From the IMG/VR virus record IMGVR_UViG_3300009151_000077, positions 1 to 61,461 of that record: a stretch of 61,461 nt of DNA; one strand, given 5' to 3'. Positions 10,946 to 21,579 of the stretch are shown here, piece after piece. Position numbers and translations under genes: made by a program. This stretch comes from a virus (lineage: Duplodnaviria; Caudoviricetes). How positions within the stretch are numbered: position 1 is the first letter of the stretch; the number at the start of each line of letters is the position of its first letter. The notes under the pieces were generated by a model. The model was given only the letters and a program-made list of their open reading frames with translations, had not been told where the DNA came from and ran no database searches.

Positions 10946-11710
10946 ATGGAAAAAATCAAAAGAGTAAAATTAGATTCTAAGGATAGGATTTATTTATTAA
11001 GAGGAGAAGCTTCTCCACTAAGCTATTATATAGCATCAAAAGACACACCAAGAAAGAGATTGCTTTACTATAATGAAGAGACAAACTCTAATCATGCACT
11101 TCGGTATGCAAGAAATTCTAATACACCATTTCAAGAAGAACAAGATGCAAATGTTATTTTGGAGCCTATTGTTTTTGAGGATGGGGTATTAAATGTTCCA
11201 AAAAATAATCCTGTACTTCAAGAGTTCTTACATTATCATCCAAATAATGGTAATGAATTTTATGAATTCGATAATGAAAAAGATGCACAAGAAGATATGA
11301 TAATGTTGTACGATCAACTTGATGCTCAATTAGCAGCAAGAGATTTAGATATTTCAACACTTGAATCAGTTGCAAGATTATTAATGGGTGCAAATGTAGA
11401 TTCAATGAAGACCGCTGAATTAAAGAGAGATGTGATGTTATTTGCAAAGAGATATCCTCAAGATTTTATGGAAGCTATTAATGATCCATCATTAAAAATG
11501 AACAATATAGCCGCTAGAGCTATTGCTGATGGTTACTTATCATATAGAAATAACAAGAAAGAAATATTCTTTAATTTAAAAGATAATAAAAAGAAACTTT
11601 TAACTATTCCTTATGGTGATGATCCATTATATGTATTATCATCTTATCTTCAATCAGATGAGGGAATGGATTTATATAAATTTTTAGAAAATACTTTTTC
11701 CGAAAATTAG
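10946..11710 (+). CDS. Conserved phage structural-module protein
   Basis: 254 aa ORF directly after the capsid gene. Confidence 0.6.
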   Translation: MEKIKRVKLDSKDRIYLLRGEASPLSYYIASKDTPRKRLLYYNEETNSNHALRYARNSNTPFQEEQDANVILEPIVFEDGVLNVPKNNPVLQEFLHYHPNNGNEFYEFDNEKDAQEDMIMLYDQLDAQLAARDLDISTLESVARLLMGANVDSMKTAELKRDVMLFAKRYPQDFMEAINDPSLKMNNIAARAIADGYLSYRNNKKEIFFNLKDNKKKLLTIPYGDDPLYVLSSYLQSDEGMDLYKFLENTFSEN

Positions 11711-11718
11711 TATATTTG
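11711..11718 (+). promoter_or_regulatory. -7 promoter element TATATTTG
   Basis: TAnnTTTG upstream of 11748. Confidence 0.55.
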
Positions 11719-11747
11719 CATAGTTATTAACTATTAAACATTTTAAA

Positions 11748-12068
11748 ATGAACAGAAAATTTTTACAATTTACTATTGGAGCTGCTGATGCACTTCCAAA
11801 AGCTTTAATCTCTGCTAATGCAGATTATTTAATTACAATGCCGACTACAGCTACATTATTGCTTATCGCTATTGGAGGAGTTGCAACTGCTGATGTAATT
11901 ACTATTACATTTACTACTGCTGATGCTACTTATGCATCTCACTATGCAGTTGTTAATGCTTTAGCTAATGCTAATAGCTCTTCATCTAATCCAGATGCAG
12001 TTATTACTCCAGCTTTACCAATGGTAGGAGCAACTCAACAATTAATTACTTCTGTAGCTATTTCATAA
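11748..12068 (+). CDS. Small Ala/Thr-rich protein, possible capsid decoration
   Basis: Has its own promoter and terminator; biased codons. Confidence 0.5.
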   Translation: MNRKFLQFTIGAADALPKALISANADYLITMPTTATLLLIAIGGVATADVITITFTTADATYASHYAVVNALANANSSSSNPDAVITPALPMVGATQQLITSVAIS

Positions 12069-12091
12069 TAGCATTGATTAATTTGAACATG

Positions 12092-12121
12092 AAAGGGCAC
12101 TTAGATTAAGTGCCTTTTTTT
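12092..12121 (+). terminator. Rho-independent terminator
   Basis: AAAGGGCACTTA-GAT-TAAGTGCCTTTT hairpin plus T run. Confidence 0.8.
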
Positions 12122-12124
12122 ATT

Positions 12125-12132
12125 TATCTTTG
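12125..12132 (+). promoter_or_regulatory. -7 promoter element TATCTTTG
   Basis: TAnnTTTG upstream of the tail genes. Confidence 0.55.
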
Positions 12133-12147
12133 TAAAAAGCATCAAAG

Positions 12148-12858
12148 ATGATCAACGAAGTTAGAAATACCGTACTATCTATAATTAGCAAAGACAATAG
12201 GGGATATATAACACCCCTAGAGTTCAATCTATTTGCAAGACAAGCACAGTTAGAAATATTTGAACAGTACATGTATAACTATAGCAATGCTATGGTTAAA
12301 CAAAATGCTAGAATGCATGGTGAGGGATACTCTAATATTGTACAAAATAATGCTGAGGTTATAGATAACTTTTCAGTATTCTCTGTATTAAATACAGCTG
12401 GTCCAGGTCAGTTTTACATTCCTGGTAATTATTTCTTCATTGAAAAGTTATTGTATAATAACAATAAAGAGATAGAAAGAGTTGAACATCAGAAGTTAAC
12501 TAACTTGCTTAACTCTAACATGACTGCTCCTACTGTAAACTATCCAGCATATACATTGACAGAGGGATATGGAAATAATCAATACGTTAATATATATCCT
12601 ACATCAATAACAACTAATGTACAGATACGATATATAAGATTTCCTAAGGTTCCTGTATGGACATATGCAACAACTCCAAATGGAGAGGCATTCTTTGATC
12701 CTAGTTCACCTTCATATCAAGACTTTGAGTTACCAGAGAGCGATCTACCTAACTTAGTTATAAAGATACTTGAGTACGCTGGAATATCTATTAGAGATAA
12801 TTATGTAGTATCAGCAGCAAAAACAGAAGAACTTCAAGACGCTCAACAAAACCAATAA
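12148..12858 (+). CDS. Tail adaptor/ring protein
   Basis: GYITPLEFN...AQ and YIRFP...ELP pattern; position after capsid genes. Confidence 0.55.
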   Translation: MINEVRNTVLSIISKDNRGYITPLEFNLFARQAQLEIFEQYMYNYSNAMVKQNARMHGEGYSNIVQNNAEVIDNFSVFSVLNTAGPGQFYIPGNYFFIEKLLYNNNKEIERVEHQKLTNLLNSNMTAPTVNYPAYTLTEGYGNNQYVNIYPTSITTNVQIRYIRFPKVPVWTYATTPNGEAFFDPSSPSYQDFELPESDLPNLVIKILEYAGISIRDNYVVSAAKTEELQDAQQNQ

Positions 12859-12861
12859 CAC

Positions 12862-13770
12862 ATGTCATATATAAATAACTATCAGTACTACACAAATAAC
12901 GGTAATATCCCAGAGGATACTAACTGGGGTTCTTATCAATATGTAAGTCTGTATGACCTAGTGAACAACTTTATGTTGATGTATGTTGGAAATGATAAGC
13001 TAGTAAATAATGTTGATAGATATACTATATTATTTCACGCTAAGAGAGCCATACAAGAACTAAACTATGATGCACTAAGAAACATAAGGGCACTAGAGTT
13101 AGAGATCGGTGATGAGCTTAAAATGATACTTCCTCCAGACTATGTAAACTATGTTCGTATATCAATGTTAAGAAATAATGTTCTTATACCATTGGTTGAA
13201 AATAGAACCGCTATGACTGCTACGGCATACTTGCAAGATAATAACTTAGATATAGTATTTGATTCAAATGGATCGGTAGTTATATCTGAGTCAAAGTTAG
13301 ATATACTAAGACAAGAAAAGCAATTATATACAGGTGGTGGTTTATATCACAACAACTACGGTTGGAACTACAATGGAGACTGGTTTTTTAGTTATTCTAT
13401 TGGCCAAAGATACGGTATGAGTCCAGAAGATTCAAACGTAAACCCAAAGTTCACAATCAACAAGGTGGCAGGCGTCATTGATTTTTCTACTGGAGTTGAG
13501 AATTCATTCATAGTTCTAGAGTATGTCTCTGACGGAATGGAGAATGGAGACGAAACTAAAATAACTATCAACAAGTTAGCTGAGGAGTACATATACTCAT
13601 ACTTAAAGTACGCTATACTTAATAATAAGTATGGAGTGCAAGAGTATGCAATAGCTAGAGTTAAGAAAGAAAAGACAGCCGCTCTTAGAAATACTAAAAT
13701 AAGATTAAGCAACTTACACCCATCACGTCTTCTTATGAGCTTAAGGGGTAAGGATAAATGGATTAAATAA
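12862..13770 (+). CDS. Tail tubular/ring structural protein
   Basis: LPPDYVNYVRIS and LEYVSDG motifs; synteny. Confidence 0.55.
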   Translation: MSYINNYQYYTNNGNIPEDTNWGSYQYVSLYDLVNNFMLMYVGNDKLVNNVDRYTILFHAKRAIQELNYDALRNIRALELEIGDELKMILPPDYVNYVRISMLRNNVLIPLVENRTAMTATAYLQDNNLDIVFDSNGSVVISESKLDILRQEKQLYTGGGLYHNNYGWNYNGDWFFSYSIGQRYGMSPEDSNVNPKFTINKVAGVIDFSTGVENSFIVLEYVSDGMENGDETKITINKLAEEYIYSYLKYAILNNKYGVQEYAIARVKKEKTAALRNTKIRLSNLHPSRLLMSLRGKDKWIK

Positions 13771-13772
13771 TT

Positions 13773-16700
13773 ATGGCTGAGCAACTAGATTCCACGACAA
13801 TCAAAATGTTTGTCGCTGGTAAAATGAATCAAGATATTGACGAGAGGCTTCTTCCTGACGGAGAGTATAGAGATGCATTAAATGTAACTTTAGATACCTC
13901 ATCTGGATCAAATATTGGATCAGTTCAGAATTCTCTTGGAAATACTAAAAAACTTTCCATTGCCTCTATATTATCAACGACTCCAATAAACGCAAAGACT
14001 ATTGGTGCTGTATCATATGAGGCTAAAAACTTAATGTATTGGTTTGTAACCTCAAATAATTTAGATGCAATTATAGAGTACAATGTATCTACAGGTCAAT
14101 CAACAAGAGTACTTGAGTGTACAAATGGAACTCTTAACTTTAGCAGTCAATATATTATAACTGGTGTAAACTACTTAGAGGGCGGAAACGGTAATACATA
14201 TTTATTTTGGACTGATAACTATAATCCACCTAGACGTATAAATATTGGTAGATGTAAGTCATATGGTTTAAATGATCCTAGAATAACTAGAGATATTGAC
14301 GTGGTACTTAGGCCTCCACTAAATGCACCGTATATACTTTTATCTAAAGACCCAGCTATATTGTCCAATAATCTAGAAGAAAAGTTTTTATACTTTAGCT
14401 ATAGATATAAGTACATTGATAATGAGTATAGTTCTATGGCTCCCTTTTCAGCTGTTGCTTTTCAAGCAGGTCCTTTAAATTTAGATTATGAGACAGGTGA
14501 CAATAAATCAATGCTTAATATATATAATAAAGCAGATATAACATTTGAGACTGGAAATGAATTTGTTAAAGAAATACAGCTATTAGTTAGAGATACTCGT
14601 AGCTTAAATGTTATGATTATAGACTCATTCAATAAATCTGATTTATTTATACTAAATAATAATACATATTCATTTACATTTAGAAATAATAAAACATATA
14701 CTCCATTGTCTAACGATCAAGTAACTAGATTATTTGATAATGTTCCTTTAAAAGCAAAGGCACAAGATTTAATAGGAAATAGACTTATATATGGAAATTA
14801 TTTACAATTTAGAAATATTTCATCTTCTGACGGTGCTAATATTAATATTGATTATACCGTAGGATTTGTATCATATCCAGTAAATAATGCATTAAATCCT
14901 AAGCAAACATTTAGAAGCGATAGAGACTATGAGGTTGGAATTGTATATGGAGATGATTACGGCAGACTTACAACTGTATTAACTACTAATAGAAGCAATG
15001 CTATTAATTCATTAAGCAGTTCTGTATATATACCACCTACTAATTCTGATACTGCTAATAGTTTAACAGTAAACATAAAAAACTCACCTCCAGCTTGGGC
15101 AACTAACTATAGATTAGTAGTCAAACAAGCAAAACAAACATACTATAATATATTTCCAAAAGGATTCTACGCAAGTGGACCGTTTAGGTATTTTCTTATA
15201 AATGAATCTGATAGAGATAAATTTAGTGTAGGTGATTATATTATATTTAAAACTGCAAATAATGGGCCTACTCATATTAATAAACAATTTAAAATACTTG
15301 AGTTTGAATTAAAGTCAGCTGGATTTATAACAAATGCATTAGAAGGATTATATTTTAAAATAAAAGTAGAGTATTCAGATACATTTTTAAATGCATCTAC
15401 AATTCAAAATATATCTTATACTAATCAAGGTATAAATAATCCTAGTAATAATGGTTCAGCTGTTGGGTTAACTGTTCCAGTATTACAAAATACATATGGA
15501 ACAGCAAATCCACCAACTTGGTTAAATCCATGGCCTTCTTACATATCCTCGCCTATATTTTATGGGTCTTCAACTAGTAATCAAAATGCTATATCTATAA
15601 ATTTTACAAATGTATTTAATATTGGATCTACATCATATAATGGATATAAAGGACAGTATTTTGGATTTAAAGATTTAAGATATACTATTGAGATAAGATC
15701 TAATAATACATATAATTATACTTCTGATTTAACGGGGCAATCTGGATGGCAAATTGTTGATATACCAATAGTTCCAAATGCAATAGATTTTATAAAACTT
15801 CCTTTAGGAATAAATGGATCTGCAAATGGTGCATCTGATTTAGCTTTTGTAATAAAATGGGGAAGTACTATATCATTATCAATAGGGGATAAATTTAAAA
15901 TTAGCTGTAGATCTAAAAATGGTGATAATTATTTTCCAGGAGCTACTAATAATTGTGGGTTGCTTGATACAGATTGGGGTAAAACAGGTGGTTTTGCAAT
16001 TGTAAATGGAGATTATAATGGTGCCATATTTCCTGGTGCTGTTATAAAAATACAAATAGTAGAAGATAGATATAATTCAAGTCCATATGTAACTGTGCAA
16101 TCATTTGTATCTCAATATTATTATAAAAATATTGAAGAGTGGTTTGTTGAGTCTCTTGAGTTTTTAAACTTTATACAGAATAATCAAAATGGAGTTAATA
16201 TATTTTCAAAAGGTATATGGTTTAGAAATACCGTTGGAGTTGGACAGGCTCCTGCTGGCGTAAGTTCAAATGTATCAAATTATTATCCAACTGCTGGAAA
16301 TGCTAGTCCTACAAACTATGTATATAACCTATATAATGGATTTAATACAAAAATGTTTATTCGTGGATTTGGAGGAAGAGATGGTCAAAATAAACAAAAT
16401 GTAATTAGAGTTTCTTTAACCATAGATCAATCTCCTCCAAATAAAATAGTAGTATGTGAAACTATACCGAAAGAAAATGATGCAGATATATACCACGAGT
16501 TAAGTTACACCTATCCAATTATAAATGGAAGACATATTTCTAGATGGCAATATGATACAAAAGCTCCAATGTCTTCTGGACTAGGTACACGTTTAACACA
16601 GACTTCAAAAAAATATCCTCATTATTTTACACAAGGAGAAACTATATATGTAAAGTCACCTGGTGTATTTGCTGGTGCTATGTATGTTACTTTTGTTCCA

Positions 16701-17816
16701 AATAGATATGAAGTATGTGTTAGTTTATTTGCATTCCCTGGTGGGCCTACAATACCTGGATCTGTAGCTTATGCTTTTGGAGAGCAAGATCAAACGTCAG
16801 TAACTAATGGAGCAATAATTCACATAAATCATCCAGAGTCAAAGAATAGTAACTACAACGCATTTTGTTTTGGTACTGGGCTTGAGTCTTATAGAATAAA
16901 GGATGACTATGCAAATGCAACAATGGAGTATAGCACTAGAGTATTAACAGTTATAGAAGATTATAAACAAGAAAGTAAGTTTGCTTCATTAGCATATAGT
17001 GGTCTATACAGCGGAAGCTCATCAGTTAATAGATTAAATGAATTTAATTTATCATTAGCTAACTTTAAAAATTTAGATAAAGAATATGGTCCAGTGCAAA
17101 AAATGCATGCTAGAGACACTGATTTACTCGTGTTTCATCAAGACAAAGTTACTTCTGTATTATACGGTAAGAATTTATTGGTCGATGCATTAGGTGGAGG
17201 TCAGGTAGCATCTATACCAGAAGTGTTAGGAAATCAAATTGCATTTCCAGGTGAATATGGAATAAGCAGTAATCCTGAAAGTATGGCTATATGGAGTAAT
17301 GATATTTACTTTACAGATGCTAAGAGAGGTGTAGTTTTAAAACTTACTGGAGATAGACTAGAAGAGATATCTGCCAATGGAATGAAAGATTATTTTAGAG
17401 ATTTAATGAGAGACAATCCAAATAAACAAAAGCTTGGTGCGTATGATCCATATAATAGATCATATGTTCTTTCTGTAAATGAAACATCTACCCTTCCTTG
17501 CGAGCTATCTATAACTCCAACTCAAAGGATAATAAATAGTGCTCCAGGAGGACTAAGTGCATTTTTATTTGCAATTGAGTCTAACCAACCGTCATGGACA
17601 ATAGCAGTTCAAGACAATGGATATGGAACAAACTGGGTAAATTTGATTACTTTAAGTGGATCTTATAATCAGTTAATTTATGCAAATGTTGCTGGTAATG
17701 TTAATAATTTACCAAGAAGTATTAAATTTGTAGTAACTTATTGTGGAGGCACCAAGGTATTTACTCTTAATCAAGGTACAGTGAGTCCAGTATCAGTAAC
17801 GCCTGTAATTATTTAA
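13773..17816 (+). CDS. Tail nozzle/stabilisation protein, N-terminal major part
   Basis: GKMNQDIDERLLPDGEYRDALN start, LFWTD.NPPR, GEYGISSNPES, YFTDAKRG and GAYDPY motifs. Confidence 0.65.
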   Translation: MAEQLDSTTIKMFVAGKMNQDIDERLLPDGEYRDALNVTLDTSSGSNIGSVQNSLGNTKKLSIASILSTTPINAKTIGAVSYEAKNLMYWFVTSNNLDAIIEYNVSTGQSTRVLECTNGTLNFSSQYIITGVNYLEGGNGNTYLFWTDNYNPPRRINIGRCKSYGLNDPRITRDIDVVLRPPLNAPYILLSKDPAILSNNLEEKFLYFSYRYKYIDNEYSSMAPFSAVAFQAGPLNLDYETGDNKSMLNIYNKADITFETGNEFVKEIQLLVRDTRSLNVMIIDSFNKSDLFILNNNTYSFTFRNNKTYTPLSNDQVTRLFDNVPLKAKAQDLIGNRLIYGNYLQFRNISSSDGANINIDYTVGFVSYPVNNALNPKQTFRSDRDYEVGIVYGDDYGRLTTVLTTNRSNAINSLSSSVYIPPTNSDTANSLTVNIKNSPPAWATNYRLVVKQAKQTYYNIFPKGFYASGPFRYFLINESDRDKFSVGDYIIFKTANNGPTHINKQFKILEFELKSAGFITNALEGLYFKIKVEYSDTFLNASTIQNISYTNQGINNPSNNGSAVGLTVPVLQNTYGTANPPTWLNPWPSYISSPIFYGSSTSNQNAISINFTNVFNIGSTSYNGYKGQYFGFKDLRYTIEIRSNNTYNYTSDLTGQSGWQIVDIPIVPNAIDFIKLPLGINGSANGASDLAFVIKWGSTISLSIGDKFKISCRSKNGDNYFPGATNNCGLLDTDWGKTGGFAIVNGDYNGAIFPGAVIKIQIVEDRYNSSPYVTVQSFVSQYYYKNIEEWFVESLEFLNFIQNNQNGVNIFSKGIWFRNTVGVGQAPAGVSSNVSNYYPTAGNASPTNYVYNLYNGFNTKMFIRGFGGRDGQNKQNVIRVSLTIDQSPPNKIVVCETIPKENDADIYHELSYTYPIINGRHISRWQYDTKAPMSSGLGTRLTQTSKKYPHYFTQGETIYVKSPGVFAGAMYVTFVPNRYEVCVSLFAFPGGPTIPGSVAYAFGEQDQTSVTNGAIIHINHPESKNSNYNAFCFGTGLESYRIKDDYANATMEYSTRVLTVIEDYKQESKFASLAYSGLYSGSSSVNRLNEFNLSLANFKNLDKEYGPVQKMHARDTDLLVFHQDKVTSVLYGKNLLVDALGGGQVASIPEVLGNQIAFPGEYGISSNPESMAIWSNDIYFTDAKRGVVLKLTGDRLEEISANGMKDYFRDLMRDNPNKQKLGAYDPYNRSYVLSVNETSTLPCELSITPTQRIINSAPGGLSAFLFAIESNQPSWTIAVQDNGYGTNWVNLITLSGSYNQLIYANVAGNVNNLPRSIKFVVTYCGGTKVFTLNQGTVSPVSVTPVII

Positions 17817-17818
17817 AT

Positions 17819-20641
17819 ATGAAAACAAATCAATCATTCGAGTATACAGGCAGCGATCAGTATGATATTAATAATGTTATACTAGGTGACAATGCTATAG
17901 TATTATTTGATTCATTGACTGGTGTTGGTGGCATAGACTACATGCCGTATAACGGATCTATGGTTACAGTAAAGGCTGGTGATCCATCAACCGATTATAG
18001 AAATCTATCTCCAACATTAAATAATAAGTTAAAATATCTAGTATCTGATATTGAGTATACAGAGTCAGACAAGAGTACAATACTTGCGTTATCTACAGAC
18101 ATACCAGTAACATTAAGTGGTGGTATATACGAGGGTACATTTTTATTTGAGAACCCTAATAACTATGAATATTTATACTTGCTTTGGGACTATACAGATA
18201 GTGCAGATGGCGGAACTATATCATATAGAGGACAAGCAAGTGATAGATATATTAATTTTGATTTAGGCACGGGAATAGGTATAACTGGAATAAATTATAA
18301 TGCTATAAATCAACCAGTTAGATTTCAAATAAAGTGGGGTGATACAGTAGTATCTGACTCCAAGTATGTAGGACTTAATACTTTATCTAATTATGATGAC
18401 CTAATAGCTAATGGAGTAAGTCCAGAAGATATAGGTTTACAGTTTCCATATGATGGAACAGTAAATAATGGAATGGGTAGTTTAAAATTTATAAAGTTTT
18501 TATCTGGTGGTGACTATGACAAGGCTAGCATAATTGTATCGTCTCCACTTGTTGATTCAGTATGGATAATTAATACAATAAAGACATATCTAAATGAATT
18601 CTATATAGACATAGCTGATGGAGTTGAGTCTGATGTTTGTGCTCAATGTCCTACCGAATTATACTATCATAACGGAAGTAATTTGTTGCCAACTAGTGGA
18701 GATATAATATATACAATTGCTGATGGATCTGTTGTCTATAATGGTAATAATACTCTTCACATAGTAGACTCTGTGTACTGTTCACATCCATCTACATATT
18801 TACTTATAGATGAAAATGGATTAGTAAGTTCAGTTAGCAATTGCAATTGCTATGAACCAGCACCTCCATTTATATATCAAGAGGATATATTCTTTAATAT
18901 TGGTAATCCTGTATATGTGTCATTAAGTTCTACTGGAAACCCTACATCATGGACCATTATATCTACATGTTTATCTTATGTACTTGATGGTGGATCATCG
19001 TCTACATTATTTGAGTTTACAGATTGTGATGGAAATTTAGTTGAAACAACAGTATCGGCAAATGTACAAAGAACCGTATGCTCTACATCAATTCCAGTAA
19101 TAACTAGAGGATTTGGTAGCGTAACTGCAAATGGAGTATGTGATACTAATATATTTCCAGTTGGATTATCTTTTAATAATGGAGTTCTTAATGGAAGTGT
19201 AAATGAGGCAACTAGTTTTTCATTCCTTGTAAAAGCATCAAATTGTTTTGGAGATGGTTATAGAACTATAAATGTATTCATAGGTCAAGAAAGTAATTTA
19301 AACCCAGTACTTATTGACGTTGAGCAGTTTAAAGACTTACAGTCAGACTGTTGCTCAATAACAGCTAGCTTTACATTGCTGTATTTTTCTGGTAAGTCAA
19401 GTATACCTAATGTTGGAGATAGAATTTTTATGGACCATGAGGGTAATAATATACTTAGTGGGGGTAATAGATGGTACTACATAGACAAATCTGACTACGT
19501 AATTAAGGTGGACTCAAATGGGTATGTAAATCAAACATATGTATGTCCTGGAAGTACAACTACCACCACTACAACAACAACCACAACACTTCCGATTGGA
19601 GACTATTACAATGCATCATTGTGTTCAGATTCAACTGTAAGTGTAGTTCTTTTAGACACTACATCAACTACTATAATTGCAGGTGATATTGTTAGAAGTG
19701 AAGATGGAAACTGCTGGAGAGTAACTGGTACAGCATCTGCTTCTTTTCCATATTATTTTATGTATGATCCAGTAACAATATATGCTGACTGTACCACATG
19801 TACAGGCACAACAACTACAACTACTACAACTACTACAACATTAAGTCCAACGATAACACCATTTAATATAAATACACATGGTAATTCATCTGACTATACT
19901 TGTTGTAATGCTGGAGGAGAAGATATGATTACATTATATCATAGTGGACCTGACTACACACCAGCCATAAATGATTTTGTGTATACTGACTCTATGGGTG
20001 CTCATTTATTTAATGGTGGTTTTATGTGGTACTGGGTTGATTCAAATTATGCTATAAATATAGCAGATACAGGTCAAGTGCTACGTTCAAATGACTGTAT
20101 TGTTGTTACAACTACTACCAGCACAACTACCGTACCTACATATTATTATAACGCAGAGATGTGTAATAATCCTGGGCCAGTTTATCTTCTTTCTTACAAT
20201 AACTTTACTGAGATAGAGATAGGAACTATAGTAAAAGATAGCATGGGTAATTGTTATGAGTTATTGTCTAGTGCGTCACCTGGTTCACCAGATGGTGAGA
20301 TATACTTTCAATTTAACAATTGCTTTGACTGTGTTGGAACTACAACGACAACTACTACAAGCACTACAACGACAACAACTACAAGTACTACAACAACAAG
20401 CACTACAACTATTTCACCTAAATTCCAGGTGTTGTGTAAGGATAGTTCATTTGCACTGGTTTGTGGTGCTGACATTAACACATTTTATGTTGATGGACCA
20501 CTTGGAGAGATAGGTTATAATATATACTCAAACGAATTCTCAAGCGACTTAGCTCCAGCTAATTATTATATGAAATATGACGTGTCTACTGCATATGAAT
20601 GGGACGGTTCAGCTTGGACTGGAAACTTTAAAAACTGTTAA
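17819..20641 (+). CDS. Cys-rich, poly-Thr (mucin-like) putative virion surface protein
   Basis: Four Thr tracts, repeated LY(H/F)xG...P..GD modules and GNC(W/Y)...CxxC modules. Confidence 0.65.
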   Translation: MKTNQSFEYTGSDQYDINNVILGDNAIVLFDSLTGVGGIDYMPYNGSMVTVKAGDPSTDYRNLSPTLNNKLKYLVSDIEYTESDKSTILALSTDIPVTLSGGIYEGTFLFENPNNYEYLYLLWDYTDSADGGTISYRGQASDRYINFDLGTGIGITGINYNAINQPVRFQIKWGDTVVSDSKYVGLNTLSNYDDLIANGVSPEDIGLQFPYDGTVNNGMGSLKFIKFLSGGDYDKASIIVSSPLVDSVWIINTIKTYLNEFYIDIADGVESDVCAQCPTELYYHNGSNLLPTSGDIIYTIADGSVVYNGNNTLHIVDSVYCSHPSTYLLIDENGLVSSVSNCNCYEPAPPFIYQEDIFFNIGNPVYVSLSSTGNPTSWTIISTCLSYVLDGGSSSTLFEFTDCDGNLVETTVSANVQRTVCSTSIPVITRGFGSVTANGVCDTNIFPVGLSFNNGVLNGSVNEATSFSFLVKASNCFGDGYRTINVFIGQESNLNPVLIDVEQFKDLQSDCCSITASFTLLYFSGKSSIPNVGDRIFMDHEGNNILSGGNRWYYIDKSDYVIKVDSNGYVNQTYVCPGSTTTTTTTTTTTLPIGDYYNASLCSDSTVSVVLLDTTSTTIIAGDIVRSEDGNCWRVTGTASASFPYYFMYDPVTIYADCTTCTGTTTTTTTTTTTLSPTITPFNINTHGNSSDYTCCNAGGEDMITLYHSGPDYTPAINDFVYTDSMGAHLFNGGFMWYWVDSNYAINIADTGQVLRSNDCIVVTTTTSTTTVPTYYYNAEMCNNPGPVYLLSYNNFTEIEIGTIVKDSMGNCYELLSSASPGSPDGEIYFQFNNCFDCVGTTTTTTTSTTTTTTTSTTTTSTTTISPKFQVLCKDSSFALVCGADINTFYVDGPLGEIGYNIYSNEFSSDLAPANYYMKYDVSTAYEWDGSAWTGNFKNC

Positions 20642-21561
20642 TGCGTCAACTACGTTTTTTATCAGCACAGCCAGCGATTGATTATTATGCTTGGCAGGTT
20701 GAGGTGTACCTACATAATTTTTTAGGTCTTGGATATAATGGAAACTACATAGACGTAGTGGCTGGATATCAAGGAGATATACCAGAATCTTGGCTTAAAC
20801 TTCAGAGAAGGTTCCCGTATGTTAGATTCTTTTTCTATGAAGACACTATGGGTGAATGTAATTACATACCAGCTATACAAGGACACCTGCTTAAAAAACA
20901 CTTTAAGGCTCATCCATATCTTAAGGATGATGCTATATTCTTTCATGACGCTGACTTCTTATTCACAAAGTATATGAACTTCACAAAGTTCATTAGTGAT
21001 GATAATTGGTACTTCTCAGACACTATATCATACATAGGGCATGATTATATAGTTAGCAAGGGAGAAGAGGTCTTAGATGCGATGTGTGAAGTTATTGGGA
21101 TAGATAAGTCTATTGTAAAACAAAATCAAAATAATAGCGGAGGGGCACAGAAGTTATTTAAGAATATAGATCACACCTATTGGGAAATGGTTGAGGACTA
21201 TTCAATAAAGTTATTCAACGTACTTATCAATAAACAGCATATTAAAAAAGAAAACGACCCTAACGGAATACAGTCTTGGACAGCAAGCATGTGGGCAGAG
21301 TTGTGGGTAGGATGGAAGTTAGGTCATAATGTAATCGTTCCAAAGGAGTTTGATTTTTGCTGGGCTACGTGCTCACCATCTAGATGGAAAGAAGTTAATT
21401 TCTTTCATAATGCTGGAGTAATGAATGACAAACTTGGTATGTTTTATAAGGCCAAGTACATGGATTCATACCCATATGAGGTTGATGATAATGTGTTAAA
21501 TAATAGGTGTTCATACATGTACTATCACATATTAAAATCTATCAATAGTTGTTTGATCTAA
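20641..21561 (+). CDS. GT-A fold glycosyltransferase
   Basis: FFHDAD DxD motif, YYAWQ and WTASMW motifs reminiscent of peptide O-glycosyltransferases (HPAT/SERGT-like), FFHNAG. Confidence 0.6.
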   Translation: MRQLRFLSAQPAIDYYAWQVEVYLHNFLGLGYNGNYIDVVAGYQGDIPESWLKLQRRFPYVRFFFYEDTMGECNYIPAIQGHLLKKHFKAHPYLKDDAIFFHDADFLFTKYMNFTKFISDDNWYFSDTISYIGHDYIVSKGEEVLDAMCEVIGIDKSIVKQNQNNSGGAQKLFKNIDHTYWEMVEDYSIKLFNVLINKQHIKKENDPNGIQSWTASMWAELWVGWKLGHNVIVPKEFDFCWATCSPSRWKEVNFFHNAGVMNDKLGMFYKAKYMDSYPYEVDDNVLNNRCSYMYYHILKSINSCLI

Positions 21562-21567
21562 TTTTCG

Positions 21568-21575
21568 TAAATTTG
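21568..21575 (+). promoter_or_regulatory. -7 promoter element TAAATTTG
   Basis: TAnnTTTG upstream of 21580; another copy at 22402-22409. Confidence 0.45.
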
Positions 21576-21579
21576 TACT

